From Candidatus Uhrbacteria bacterium (lineage in GTDB: Bacteria > Patescibacteriota > Patescibacteriia > UBA9934 > GWF2-40-263): a stretch of DNA of 64,000 nucleotides. The notes beneath the pieces are model-generated. The model made no database searches. It had not been told where the DNA came from and was given only the letters and a program-made list of their open reading frames with translations. Location: contig JAZDHJ010000059.1 of assembly GCA_043805995.1 (NCBI GenBank), positions 71-64,070 of the forward strand. The letters run 5' to 3'. Both the position numbers and the translations under genes were made by a program. Shown piece after piece: positions 39,237 to 49,734 of the stretch; within the stretch, counting starts at the first letter, position 1, and each line of letters starts with the position of its first letter.

Positions 39237-39246
39237 CCCCCCCCCC
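39237..39246. repeat. Homopolymeric C10 tract (G10 on the minus strand) about 40 bp upstream of the 38831-39199 start
   Basis: Counted directly. Confidence 0.6.
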
Positions 39247-39473
39247 GAAGCTTTTTGGCAAACAAACTTATCAACACACTGCCAATCCGATAAAATCCTT
39301 TCGCCACGGCGAGCTTCGGCAAGACGAATTGTTCGCAACGAACTATGGAGGGGCGTGACGGTTCAGATAAACACCGTTGCTTTTCCACTCAAACCTGTTT
39401 AGTTGAATTTTGTTCACTCACTCTCAGTTGCCAAAACTGTTTTTTTTCTTTATAATAAGGCCGTCAAAAGCCA

Positions 39474-41027
39474 TTGGCTATGGAACAGCACAAAATCGAC
39501 TTTTTAAAGGAAAAACACAGCCTTAACGTTGACCGGCGTCGACCTTTTGTTTTTTTTGGCAAAATTTTTGCAGCTGTATTAATTATCACCGCCGGTCTGG
39601 GTGCGGCTTTTTCCTTCAACATAAAAACCAGTGGCGATGTCTCCTTGGCCGACGTGCCACGTTTTTCTTTGTTTGATACTTTACGCAGTCTTCTCTCCCC
39701 AGCCGACGATGCTTTAAAAGGTGCAGAAAATGATCGTATCAATCTTTTGCTCCTCGGTGTTGGTGGTGATGGTCACGACGGCGCGCAACTAACTGACACA
39801 ATTATCTTTACCAGCCTTCGACCGTCAGACAAAGCTGTGGGCATGATGTCAATTCCCCGCGACTTAACAGTTCCGATACCAGACGAAGGCTGGAGAAAAA
39901 TTAATGCCGTGAATGCTTTAGCCGAAGCTAAGGAGGCAGGCAGCGGTTCGGTAGCCACCAGTCAAATTCTTTCTTCCATGCTTGATCAAGAAATAAATTA
40001 TTATGTCAAAGTAGATTTTGATGGCTTTGCCGAACTCATAGACGAACTGGACGGTTTGAATATTTACGTGGAAAAAACTTTTTCTGATTATGAGTATCCA
40101 GTTCACGGCATGGAGGATGCCAATTGCGGCAGCACGACTCAAATTAATGAAGTTGGTGAAACTGTCGAGGTGCCTTTTTACAGTTGTCGTTACGAAACAC
40201 TTTCCTTTCAAGAAGGCTGGACACAAATGGACGGCGAAACAGCTCTCAAATATGTCCGTTCACGCCACGGCAATAATGGCGAGGCTTCTGATTTTGCCCG
40301 CAGTCGTCGACAACAAAATCTGCTCATGGCCCTTAAAGAAAAAATTCTTGATTTAAACACTCTAAGTCATCCTTCAAGAATCACGGCCATCCTCAAGGCG
40401 CTCGAAGAACATATTCAAACCAATTTAACTATCGGTGAACTTTTAATTCTCGGTCGTGAATATGGAAACATTGATCGCGGGCAAATTGCCAACCAGGTTC
40501 TCGACACCGCAGAAGACGGTCCACTCTATGCCACCTCAATGAACGGTGCTTATGTCATTCTGCCAAAAAACGATGACTGGACACCGATTCAAAATTTGGC
40601 AGCTAATATTTTTTCTCAAACCGCCTCGACCGATTCTGTAGCCATAAATTCTCAAACTGTTCCACAGTTTATCAAAATAGAAATTCAAAACGGTACGACA
40701 ATTTCTGGACTAGCGTTTCAAGCTTCGCAACTGCTCTCGGCTCAAGGTTTTGAAATAGTAAAAATTGGCAATGCCGAAGATCGCAATTTTGAACACACGA
40801 TTATTTATGATTTAACCAATGGTGAAAAAGCTGATGAATTAAAAGATTTACAAAAAACTTTGGCCGCCGAAGTTGCCATGTCAACCACCGGCTGGATTTT
40901 TTCCGGCGAAATCGTCCCAAAGGAAATCACGGTTACTGATGAAAATTATTCCTCAAAAACCACCACTGAAAATCTAGATTTTCTAATCATTCTAGGTGAA
41001 AACAGCGCTAATTTAGTCCGAAGATAA
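39474..41027 (+). CDS. LytR-CpsA-Psr (LCP) family protein with C-terminal LytR_C domain
   Basis: N-terminal TM; LLLGVGGDGHDG...DTIIFTSLRP...MMSIPRDLTVPIP...KINAVNA LCP core. Confidence 0.8.
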   Translation: MAMEQHKIDFLKEKHSLNVDRRRPFVFFGKIFAAVLIITAGLGAAFSFNIKTSGDVSLADVPRFSLFDTLRSLLSPADDALKGAENDRINLLLLGVGGDGHDGAQLTDTIIFTSLRPSDKAVGMMSIPRDLTVPIPDEGWRKINAVNALAEAKEAGSGSVATSQILSSMLDQEINYYVKVDFDGFAELIDELDGLNIYVEKTFSDYEYPVHGMEDANCGSTTQINEVGETVEVPFYSCRYETLSFQEGWTQMDGETALKYVRSRHGNNGEASDFARSRRQQNLLMALKEKILDLNTLSHPSRITAILKALEEHIQTNLTIGELLILGREYGNIDRGQIANQVLDTAEDGPLYATSMNGAYVILPKNDDWTPIQNLAANIFSQTASTDSVAINSQTVPQFIKIEIQNGTTISGLAFQASQLLSAQGFEIVKIGNAEDRNFEHTIIYDLTNGEKADELKDLQKTLAAEVAMSTTGWIFSGEIVPKEITVTDENYSSKTTTENLDFLIILGENSANLVRR

Positions 41028-41041
41028 TACCAAAATTTTTT

Positions 41042-42403
41042 ATGTCAAAAATACCTACTGTCGCCATTATCGGCCGAACCAACGTTGGCAAATCAACTTT
41101 GTTCAACCGCATGATCGAACAACCAAAAGCTTTAATTTCCAGCGTGCCTGGCACAACTCGCGATCGCAACGAAGCCGAGGTTCTTTGGCGAGCCAAAATC
41201 TTTCGCGTGGTCGACACTGGCGGCACTGACAGCAAATTTGGTAAGGAAATCGAAAAGGCAACCGTTGACCAGGTTTGGCGAGCAGCGAATGAAGCCGACA
41301 TAATTCTTTTTGTTGTTGATTTAAAAACCGGTCCTATGCCTCAGGAACGAGCTTTGGCCAAAAAACTCAAAACCATAAACAAGCCAGTTATTGTCGTCGG
41401 CAACAAAGCCGAAACACCAAACCTAGTCGCTTCGGTTCACAATCCGGAATGGCGTTTAGCCGGTCTGCGTTCACCAATGGCGGTTTCGGCCTTACGCGGC
41501 ACTGGTGTCGGAGATTTACTTGATTTGATTCACAAGGAACTTAGAAAAATAAAACGTCCATCAACCGAAAGAAACGAAGATCAAATAGTTCGTGTCGCCA
41601 TTATTGGCAAACCTAATGTTGGCAAATCTTCCATTGTCAACGCCATTCTTGGTGAGGAAAGAGTTATTACCAGTCCAATGACTCATACCACCCGCGAACC
41701 AATTGATACTAAAATTGAATTGAATGGTAAAAAATATCTTTTCATCGACACGGCCGGCATGAGAAAAAGCGGTAAAGTTAAACGAGCGGGCGGACTCGAA
41801 GCAGCTGGCGTGGCGCGTTCCAAAAAAGCCGCTGAAACAGCCGACGTGGTTCTTATGGTTATGGAAGCCAACGAACAAATCGGTACTCAAGATAAAGCTA
41901 TTGCTGGAATTTTAGATTCTTCAAACGCCGGCGTTATTATTGTCGCCAACAAATGGGATTTGGTGGCGGGCAAAACCCCGACCACCATTAATGATTACGA
42001 AAAATACGTGGCTGGCATGATGCCCTTCATTTCTTACGCGCCAATCGTTTTCACTTCAGCCAAAACCGGCCAGCGTATCGAAAACATTTTCACCTTAATC
42101 GACCAAGTCCAAGCCGCCAGAACCCGAGAATTAACCGAAGAAGAATTAGAAAAATTCTTGCGCCAAGCTGTCTCCCACCGCGCCCCAATCAGAGGCAAAG
42201 TGGTTAAACCACCAAAAGCTCTCGGTTTACGTCAAACCGGCACCTGCCCGCCGTCTTTCGCGGTCACCATCAAAGCCAAACGCGAGGACGCCATCAGCCA
42301 AAGTTATTTGCGCTATATTGAAAATCGCCTACACGAAGAATTCGATTTCACTGGTACACCGGTTGTGGTTAAGGCGAGGCTGCCGAGAATTACGGCCGTT
42401 TAG
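41042..42403 (+). CDS. der: Ribosome-biogenesis GTPase Der (EngA), two tandem GTPase domains plus KH-like C-terminus
   Basis: VAIIGRTNVGKSTLFN and VAIIGKPNVGKSSIVN P-loops. Confidence 0.95.
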   Translation: MSKIPTVAIIGRTNVGKSTLFNRMIEQPKALISSVPGTTRDRNEAEVLWRAKIFRVVDTGGTDSKFGKEIEKATVDQVWRAANEADIILFVVDLKTGPMPQERALAKKLKTINKPVIVVGNKAETPNLVASVHNPEWRLAGLRSPMAVSALRGTGVGDLLDLIHKELRKIKRPSTERNEDQIVRVAIIGKPNVGKSSIVNAILGEERVITSPMTHTTREPIDTKIELNGKKYLFIDTAGMRKSGKVKRAGGLEAAGVARSKKAAETADVVLMVMEANEQIGTQDKAIAGILDSSNAGVIIVANKWDLVAGKTPTTINDYEKYVAGMMPFISYAPIVFTSAKTGQRIENIFTLIDQVQAARTRELTEEELEKFLRQAVSHRAPIRGKVVKPPKALGLRQTGTCPPSFAVTIKAKREDAISQSYLRYIENRLHEEFDFTGTPVVVKARLPRITAV

Positions 42404-42740
42404 ATTGGAGGGGTTAAAGGGGGCGAAGGCCTCGCCCATGGCCAGGCTATGGCCGAGGGGGTTGCAAGGGATTTTTAGTTGGGATTGGATAAGGGTGATT
42501 ATCGGAAGTTGGGGTGATTGTTTAGGTAATTAGTTGGTAGTTGTTATTTTTGAACTCTGATTCCTTATAATCTGTAAGGGAATAATTATTCCGATCAAAA
42601 AACAATCACCTAAAAAATCACCCCCGATAATCACCAAACCCCACCCCTAACCAACTTAAAACCTCCCTCCAACACCCGCCACGTCCTTCCGAAGCCCAGC
42701 GAAGGAGGATTAAACCCCTTCCATCCCCTAACCCCACCCA
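42404..42740. repeat. Large (about 335 bp) imperfectly palindromic G-rich intergenic element
   Basis: The left arm GGTGATTATCGGAAGTTGGGGTGATTGTTT is mirrored by AAACAATCACC...CCCCGATAATCACC on the right; it contains GGCCTCGCCCATGGCCAGGCTATGGCCGAGGGGG and ends with a CCTTCCGAAGCCCAGCGAAGGAGG unit. Confidence 0.55.
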
Positions 42741-42742
42741 AT

Positions 42743-43282
42743 ATGTGCCTAATCGTCGGTCTCGGTAATCCGGGAAAAAAATATGAACGGACTCGTCATA
42801 ATGTCGGATTTTTAGTGCTCGACGAATTAGCTAATTTAACTGAGGGAAAATTTAAAACCAAAAAAGATCTGGCTTGTTCGGCGGCCGAAGTCAAAATCAC
42901 CAATCGCGAAGTCAAACTAATTAAACCGTCGACCTTCATGAATCTTTCAGGTGAAGCAGTAATTCAAACCGCCAATTTCTGGCACATTACCAAAAATAAA
43001 ATCACCATTATCGTCGACGACGTTAATTTACCGCTCGGACAAATTCGCGTGCGCGAAAGCGGTTCAGCCGGTGGTCACAATGGCTTAAAATCAATTATTG
43101 AAAGATTGGGTACAGAAAATATTCGTCGTGTTCGCATTGGTGTCGGCCGAGCCGAAAATCCGGAAATTCCTTTAGACAAATGGGTGCTTGGCGAATGGAA
43201 TAAAACGGAATGGAAAACGATCGTCGAAGCCACCCGCGAAGTGGCAAAAAAGATTTTTAATGGCGAGATCAAAATTGGTTAA
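42743..43282 (+). CDS. pth: Peptidyl-tRNA hydrolase
   Basis: LIVGLGNPGKKYERTRHNVGF signature. Confidence 0.95.
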   Translation: MCLIVGLGNPGKKYERTRHNVGFLVLDELANLTEGKFKTKKDLACSAAEVKITNREVKLIKPSTFMNLSGEAVIQTANFWHITKNKITIIVDDVNLPLGQIRVRESGSAGGHNGLKSIIERLGTENIRRVRIGVGRAENPEIPLDKWVLGEWNKTEWKTIVEATREVAKKIFNGEIKIG

Positions 43283-43384
43283 TTATTTATCCTTCGTCAT
43301 TGCGAGAAGCGAAGCCGCTGAGTGACGAAGCAATCCAATAATTAGATTGCTTCGCGTGGCGCTCGCAATGACGGGTATAAAACT
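43283..43384. other. Nested palindromic structure between pth and dprA (CGTCATTGCGAG...CTCGCAATGACG with inner GACGAAGCAATC/GATTGCTTCG)
   Basis: Two nested inverted repeats read directly; a possible structured RNA or terminator. Confidence 0.4.
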
Positions 43385-44524
43385 ATGACTCAAAAGGACC
43401 TCGGCTTCCTTCTTGCCCTCATCCGGTTCCCTAAATTCGGTCCCATCCGCCTCGCCAAAATGCGAGGATTTTTTGACTCAATGGAAATGGCTTTTTTGGC
43501 TGGACGCAATGAATTATTGGCGGCCGAATTGGAACCAAAAGTTGTTGAAGAATTTTTATCGATTCGAGCTAAACTTTCACCGGAAGAAGAATTAGAAAAA
43601 TTGAGACAAAGTGGAGCTACAGCTATTCCCTTCACCGAGCCTGAATATCCACCGCTCCTGAAAAAAATTTACGATCCGCCAGCTGTCCTTTTTGTTCGTG
43701 GACAACTCCCAAGTCCTGAACTTCTATCTCTGGCCGTCGTCGGCAGTCGCAAAATCACTGATTACGGAACGCGAATAATTGAAGCGATTGTTGAACCCGT
43801 CGCCGCTTCGAATGTCGTAATCGTTTCTGGTCTGGCTTATGGCGTCGACAAACTGGCCCACGAAGCCGCCCTCAAAGTCGGTGGTAAAACGATGGCCGTG
43901 CTTGGTTCCGGCGTCGACAATAATAATATTTTTCCCACCGACAACCGCGAACTGGCGCACCGAATTATCGAATCTGGTAATGCTGTCGTTTCCGAGTTCC
44001 CGATCGGTTCATCACCACTCAAACAAAATTTTCCCATTCGCAATCGCGTCATCGCTGGACTGGCTCATGGAACACTTATTGTCGAAGCCGCCAAAACTTC
44101 CGGTTCGCTTATTACCGCCCGCGCCGCTCTTGAAGCCGGTCGTGAAGTTTTTGCCGTGCCCGGACAAATAAATTCTGAAAGCTCGGAAGGTACAAATCAA
44201 CTTTTAAAATCCGGCGCTCATGTCGTCACCGAAGCCAACGATATTTTATCAGTCCTCGGCCTCACCGCTCGAGCCGATGTTGATTTGAATACAAAAACCC
44301 CGCGAGTAGCTCCGTCGATAATCAAAACCATAAAAACCCGACCAATCCCTGGCAGTCCCGAAGAAGCCGAAATTCTCAAACTCCTCAGTTCTGAACCAAT
44401 CCACGCCGATGATCTGGCTCGCACCACCGGCAAAAAAATCTCAGAAATTTCACACCTCCTGACCCTAATGGAAATGAAAGGTTCGGCAAGACATGTGGGT
44501 GGGTTGTATTATACGATTGGGTAA
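43385..44524 (+). CDS. dprA: DNA-processing protein DprA (Smf)
   Basis: Rossmann-like DprA core VVSGLAYGVDKLAHEAAL...FPIRNRVIAGL...EAGREVFAVPG. Confidence 0.9.
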   Translation: MTQKDLGFLLALIRFPKFGPIRLAKMRGFFDSMEMAFLAGRNELLAAELEPKVVEEFLSIRAKLSPEEELEKLRQSGATAIPFTEPEYPPLLKKIYDPPAVLFVRGQLPSPELLSLAVVGSRKITDYGTRIIEAIVEPVAASNVVIVSGLAYGVDKLAHEAALKVGGKTMAVLGSGVDNNNIFPTDNRELAHRIIESGNAVVSEFPIGSSPLKQNFPIRNRVIAGLAHGTLIVEAAKTSGSLITARAALEAGREVFAVPGQINSESSEGTNQLLKSGAHVVTEANDILSVLGLTARADVDLNTKTPRVAPSIIKTIKTRPIPGSPEEAEILKLLSSEPIHADDLARTTGKKISEISHLLTLMEMKGSARHVGGLYYTIG

Positions 44525-44601
44525 ACTTCTTTTATATTGTCATTCTGAACCCTTGTGAAGAATCTCGCCGCGTAATCCAAACGAACTTTAAAACCAAAAT
44601 T

Positions 44602-45624
44602 ATGCCCTTAAATTTAAAAGAAGAAAAAATTTTAAATTCAATTATCGTTGCCTCGGAAAACGATCCTAATAAACCAGAATTTCCACCTGACGATCCGCGC
44701 TTCCCGGCCACTCCCACCTATCAAATTAAGGTGCCTGGTTTTAGTAATGTCTGGTTAAAAGATGAGAGCATCAACCCAACCGGCACACACAAAGATAGAA
44801 TGGCTTGGGAAATGGTGGTTACTTATAAACAACTATTAAAAGCCAAAGCCAACGGTTCCATCAAAAAACTTCCTCAATTCTCCATTATCAGTTCCGGCTC
44901 GGCGGCCAATGCCATACAACAAATGTTAAAAAAATATAACTTACCAAACATCAAAGCCCTCCTGGATTTTAGAGTTGATAAAAGAATTAAAAACTCTTTA
45001 GAAAAAATCGGCTGTGAAATTTTTGAAACCGATTTGTCCAAACAAATGTTGTCTGCCGAAGATATTCTAAAACTAACCAACAACTCTGACGGTATCGATA
45101 TCACTTCCGACGACTCTCTTGGTCCTTGCAGTATTTTTTACGATTGGATGAGCTATGAAATTTTAAATCAAAACGCTGATTATATTTTTGTGCCTTATGG
45201 CACAGGCAATCTTTACGAAAACATCGTTAACATTGCGGTCAAAGAAAGCAAAAATTTATTATTTCACGATAAACGTCTAAAAGTTCCGGCTTCCAGCCTA
45301 AAAAAATCTCATTTCTTGGGAGCAACCACAAATAATCCCTTAACCGAAGCCGATAAACTTTATTCATCGCATTTACCTTTTGTTCATTTTGACACTCACT
45401 GGATAAAATTGGCCATCAAAAATGGTTACATCGGAAACGAATCTAATGTTTATAATACCCAGGAAAAATTCTTTGAAAAAGCGATGACTGTGGCTAAAGA
45501 AAACAACATAACCTGCGAACCATCCGGTATTGCCGGCTTGGCTCTTATGCTCCAAATGAACGATCGTTTGCCTAAAAATAAAAAGATACTGGTTGTAAAT
45601 ACCGGCCAAACAAAATTATCTTAA
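44602..45624 (+). CDS. PLP-dependent enzyme, fold type II (threonine synthase / Trp-synthase-beta superfamily), divergent
   Basis: KDESINPTGTHKDRMA matches the lysine-containing PALP motif (ESxNPTGSFKDRG); function not assignable. Confidence 0.55.
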   Translation: MPLNLKEEKILNSIIVASENDPNKPEFPPDDPRFPATPTYQIKVPGFSNVWLKDESINPTGTHKDRMAWEMVVTYKQLLKAKANGSIKKLPQFSIISSGSAANAIQQMLKKYNLPNIKALLDFRVDKRIKNSLEKIGCEIFETDLSKQMLSAEDILKLTNNSDGIDITSDDSLGPCSIFYDWMSYEILNQNADYIFVPYGTGNLYENIVNIAVKESKNLLFHDKRLKVPASSLKKSHFLGATTNNPLTEADKLYSSHLPFVHFDTHWIKLAIKNGYIGNESNVYNTQEKFFEKAMTVAKENNITCEPSGIAGLALMLQMNDRLPKNKKILVVNTGQTKLS

Positions 45625-45751
45625 CACCACTCCAACTTGACGAAAACCCAAAAATCCACCATTATCTAAACCACAATCGTAATTCACAAATTTCCAAATT
45701 TTCCAATTTCTAAATTATTGAACTAAACTCCTCCCATAATTCCATAATTAT

Positions 45752-45804
45752 CCCGCCGTCATAGGATTTTGGCGGGACCCCGCCAAAGGCCTCCGTCGGC
45801 GGGG
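45752..45804. promoter_or_regulatory. Nested cruciform element immediately upstream of topA
   Basis: CCCGCCGTCATAGGATTTTGGCGGGACCCCGCCAAAGGCCTCCGTCGGCGGGG; same family as 18566-18618 and 60033-60083. Confidence 0.45.
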
Positions 45805-45828
45805 AATAATTAAATAATTTCTTTCCCC

Positions 45829-48069
45829 ATGTCCTACTCACTTGTCATCGTTGAGTCTCCGGCCAAGGCTCGAACTATTTCTAAATTTTTAGGGAACAAA
45901 TATAAAGTTCTCTCGTCTTTTGGGCATGTCCGCGATTTGCCAAAAAAGGAACTTGGGGTTGATGTTGAGCATGGTTTTTTGCCAAAATATGTTGTCTCGC
46001 GCGACAAGGCTAAACAAGTTAAAGCTCTAAAAGACGCGGCCGCCAAAGCTGATGAAATTTTATTCGCAACTGACGAAGATCGTGAAGGTGAAGCTATTTC
46101 TTGGCACTTGGCGCAAATTTTAAAAGTTGAGCCGGAAAAATTAAAACGCATCACTTTTCACGAAATCACCAAACGGGCCATCGACGAAGCGATTGAACAT
46201 CCACGAACTCTTGATTTAAATTTGGTCAATGCTCAACAAGCGCGCCGGGTTTTGGATCGTTTGGTTGGTTACGAACTTTCACCATTCCTCTGGCGCAAAG
46301 TTCAAAAAGGTCTTTCGGCTGGTCGAGTTCAATCCGTCTCGGTTCGTTTAGTTGTCGACCGTGAACGTGAACGTGATGCTTTCAAACCTCAGGATTTTTG
46401 GACAGTTGATACAATTTTCAATAAAGATAAAATTTCTTTTCCCGGCAAACTTCACGCCATCGGCGATAAAAAATTAGAAAAACTCGGCATCACTTCGGAA
46501 ACCGAAGCCACAAAAATTCTCGAAGCGCTTAAAAATGGCAAATATAATGTTACCGATGTTACCAAAAAAACCGTTAAGCGTTCCCCGGCTCCGCCTTTCA
46601 CCACTTCCACTCTGCAGCAGGAAGGCAACAACAAATTAAATTTCTCGGCCAAAGAAACCATGTCGCTGGCTCAGCGCCTTTACGAAGGTGTCGATATTCC
46701 CGGCGAAGGTTCAATTGCTCTTGTTACCTACATGCGTACCGACTCGGTCAACTTGTCAGATCTTTTTATAAACGAGGCGCGAAATTTTATTTCCGGTAAC
46801 TTCGGAGCTGATTATTTATTGGCCGAACCGCGTCGGTTTAAAACCAAATCCAAAGGTGCTCAAGAAGCCCACGAAGCCATCCGTCCAACCGATGTCTCTC
46901 GAACGCCCGAATCTCTCAAATCAGTTCTTGACCGCGATCTCTGGCGTTTATACGACCTCATTTGGCGTCGCGCTGTGGCCACTCAACTCCCAGAGGCTGT
47001 CTTTAATGCCACCTCGGCTGACATTACCACTGGCGAATATGTTTTCCGTTCCACCGGTTCAACCATTAAATTTGAAGGTTATCTAAAAGTCTACGAAGAG
47101 AAACGCAACGAATCGATTTTGCCAGATCTGACCAAAGGTGACGAGGTGGCTTTGGAAAATCTCGAGTCAAAAAAGCATACCACTGAACCGCCGGCTCGCT
47201 ACTCAGATGCCACTCTCATCAAGGCACTCGAGGAACACGGCATTGGTCGTCCTTCCACTTACGCGCCGACCGTTAACACCATTGTCGAGCGCGGTTATGT
47301 TGAGCGTGATGAAGCCAAAAAACTCAAACCTTGCGCCGTGGCTTACACCGTCAACGATCTCTTAGTCGAACACTTCCCTAACATTGTTGACTTGGCTTTC
47401 ACAGCTAACATGGAAGAAAATCTCGACCAGGTAGCTGAAGGTGAAAAAGAATGGGTACCGGTTCTTCAAGATTTTTACGGACCATTCCACGAAAACCTGG
47501 TGGCCAAAGAAAAAGATGTCAAAAAATTAAAACCGGACGATAAGGCCACCGACATTGTTTGCGAAAAATGCGGCCAACCAATGGTCATCCGTTCCGGTCG
47601 TTTTGGTGAATTTATGGCTTGCTCAGCTTATCCAGCCTGCAAAAACACCAAACCGGTTACGCAAAATGAAAAAGGTGAGACGGTTGTAGCTGTTCCAGAA
47701 GATACTGGCGAAGTTTGCCCAACCTGCAGTGCACCAATGGTTCTTAAACGCGGCCGTTTTGGTCCATTCTTGTCCTGTTCCAAATATCCTGATTGCAAAA
47801 CCATTAAAAACATCGAAAAGAAAACCGGCCTGGTCTGCCCGGAATGCGGCCAAGGCGACTTAGTCGAAAGACGCGGCCGTTCCGGCAAACCGTTTTACAG
47901 CTGCAACAAATACCCTGATTGCAAATTCGCCCTTTGGCAAAAACCGACTGGCGAAAAATGTCCGCAATGCCAATCCCTCATGACTTTCGCCACCAAAGGC
48001 ATGACTCAGTGTTCAAAAAAAGAATGCGGATTTAAAAAGGCTTTGGAAATAGAAGTGGCCGAAACGTAA
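45829..48069 (+). CDS. topA: DNA topoisomerase I with C-terminal Zn-ribbon repeats
   Basis: Toprim N-terminus LVIVESPAKARTI, active-site region, and four CxxC...CxxC zinc ribbons at the C-terminus. Confidence 0.95.
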   Translation: MSYSLVIVESPAKARTISKFLGNKYKVLSSFGHVRDLPKKELGVDVEHGFLPKYVVSRDKAKQVKALKDAAAKADEILFATDEDREGEAISWHLAQILKVEPEKLKRITFHEITKRAIDEAIEHPRTLDLNLVNAQQARRVLDRLVGYELSPFLWRKVQKGLSAGRVQSVSVRLVVDRERERDAFKPQDFWTVDTIFNKDKISFPGKLHAIGDKKLEKLGITSETEATKILEALKNGKYNVTDVTKKTVKRSPAPPFTTSTLQQEGNNKLNFSAKETMSLAQRLYEGVDIPGEGSIALVTYMRTDSVNLSDLFINEARNFISGNFGADYLLAEPRRFKTKSKGAQEAHEAIRPTDVSRTPESLKSVLDRDLWRLYDLIWRRAVATQLPEAVFNATSADITTGEYVFRSTGSTIKFEGYLKVYEEKRNESILPDLTKGDEVALENLESKKHTTEPPARYSDATLIKALEEHGIGRPSTYAPTVNTIVERGYVERDEAKKLKPCAVAYTVNDLLVEHFPNIVDLAFTANMEENLDQVAEGEKEWVPVLQDFYGPFHENLVAKEKDVKKLKPDDKATDIVCEKCGQPMVIRSGRFGEFMACSAYPACKNTKPVTQNEKGETVVAVPEDTGEVCPTCSAPMVLKRGRFGPFLSCSKYPDCKTIKNIEKKTGLVCPECGQGDLVERRGRSGKPFYSCNKYPDCKFALWQKPTGEKCPQCQSLMTFATKGMTQCSKKECGFKKALEIEVAET

Positions 48070-48091
48070 ATAGGTAAAAATTGTAAAAAGT

Positions 48092-48130
48092 AAAAACCGC
48101 CGGAATAAAATCCGACGGTTTTATTTTTTT
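48092..48130 (+). terminator. Rho-independent terminator after topA (possibly bidirectional)
   Basis: AACCGCCGG-AATAAAAT-CCGACGGTT, then TTTATTTTTTT. Confidence 0.6.
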
Positions 48131-48212
48131 ACAATTTTTCGCTCCTATTTACATTTTTCACCCCATCATCCAAAACCCATATTTTACTAAGAGAGAAGTA
48201 AGTGAGAATCGA

Positions 48213-49646
48213 TTATGCCATTTTACCCAAAGCTTTTTCTTTTAATTTTTTATACGTTTCATCTGCTTTTTTATCCAATTTGGCCTCTGTCTCCCACTTA
48301 GGCTCCCATTTTTTTCCGAGCATTAACTGCCCAGTTAGTTTATTCAAATCCCATAACCCCTGACTTAACCCATGTCTAGCTTTTTTTGTCGCAAAACGAA
48401 TGGGTTTAAGGCCAAGTTCCACTGCCACTAAAGGTAGCACCAATGGAGCCTTCCAGTGTTCAGACGCCATTTTTTTGAGGACTTCTTTATCCTCTAACGG
48501 CCCGGTATCCTTGGGAATTTCGTGAATTTTACCTAACAATATTGCATCCTTAACGACTTCAGAATCTCTAATAGCCGCCCCAATTCGACCTTTGGCTAAA
48601 GAAACATCCCAACCCGAACCAAATCTAATTCTGTTAAGGGCATACCGACCAGAAAAAAAGCTCCCGGCCGAAATTGGTTGAATTTTATCAACGTCAACTT
48701 CTGGTCTACCTAAAAGGATCCGATTACCATTTTTATCAAAAAGATGAACCAACTCTGCTTCTCGAATCAAAGTGAAAAGTTCTTTTTGCCGCCTAAAACC
48801 TTCGCGACCACCATAATCAACAAAAAGACTTTTTCCGGTTGTGGCTTCAACTCTTTTAAACTCGTCTTCAACAAGTTTATCAATAACCAACTCGGCTGTC
48901 CGTGAGGCTAACGAATGTTCTTTTTCCAAATCTTCGTAACGACTTCTTAAAATACGAAGATCTACCCGGTCATAATCGTCCTTAATTTTTTCCAAACCTT
49001 GAACTAGTTTTTTTCTGGCCACTAATTCCTTATGGATCATTACGCCCTCAGCGGTTTGGCTGGGACGATCCTCAAAACCACCGTCTTTTTTGGCCACCGA
49101 AATAATTTTAGTTTCATTGTCATGAATCGCCCGAGTGATTTCGCGAATAATAAATGGTAAATCTTCGGAACCAACGTCCACAGGAATTTTAATTACCCTT
49201 GGCTCCCTTTCTTTTGTATTGGGGTCCATTTCTAACTTCGTGCCAAAAATAATTTTTATTGGCCTAGTTTCGTCATTTGCCCCAGGCAGAATTGAAAGAA
49301 GATTAACCGCTCTATCCGTTAAACTTTTAACAAAAATTCTAGCCTCCTTACCCACTACCGGTTCACGGCCGTCTACCGTTCTAACTCTAATTTCAACAGT
49401 GTTCCTTACTGCCTCAGAAGCTCTGGCTTCACGCACGGCCGCGGCTCGGGCCTCAGCTCGAGCTGCGGGGGCCAAACTCTCTACTTCTGATTCACGTCTT
49501 TGTCTTTCAATTCGTGCCCTCATGGCATCTAAAGCTCTTTTGTTTAATCTTTCGAGTCGCTCTTCCGGTGTTTCTGCCGGTGCCGAAACAACGTCTGGCG
49601 CACGAACACTAGTATCGGGAGTTCTTGATCGATTATGTCTACTCAT
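48213..49646 (-). CDS. Hypothetical protein (477 aa) with an Arg/Ala-rich N-terminus
   Basis: Long ORF, no recognised motif. Confidence 0.45.
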   Translation of the reverse strand: MSRHNRSRTPDTSVRAPDVVSAPAETPEERLERLNKRALDAMRARIERQRRESEVESLAPAARAEARAAAVREARASEAVRNTVEIRVRTVDGREPVVGKEARIFVKSLTDRAVNLLSILPGANDETRPIKIIFGTKLEMDPNTKEREPRVIKIPVDVGSEDLPFIIREITRAIHDNETKIISVAKKDGGFEDRPSQTAEGVMIHKELVARKKLVQGLEKIKDDYDRVDLRILRSRYEDLEKEHSLASRTAELVIDKLVEDEFKRVEATTGKSLFVDYGGREGFRRQKELFTLIREAELVHLFDKNGNRILLGRPEVDVDKIQPISAGSFFSGRYALNRIRFGSGWDVSLAKGRIGAAIRDSEVVKDAILLGKIHEIPKDTGPLEDKEVLKKMASEHWKAPLVLPLVAVELGLKPIRFATKKARHGLSQGLWDLNKLTGQLMLGKKWEPKWETEAKLDKKADETYKKLKEKALGKMA

Positions 49647-49734
49647 ATTTTTATATTTATAATCAAAATAATCATAACAAAAAAACCCCGGTTTGTCATC
49701 TTGAGGGCTAAGTGATAATGTAAGAAATACAGTT

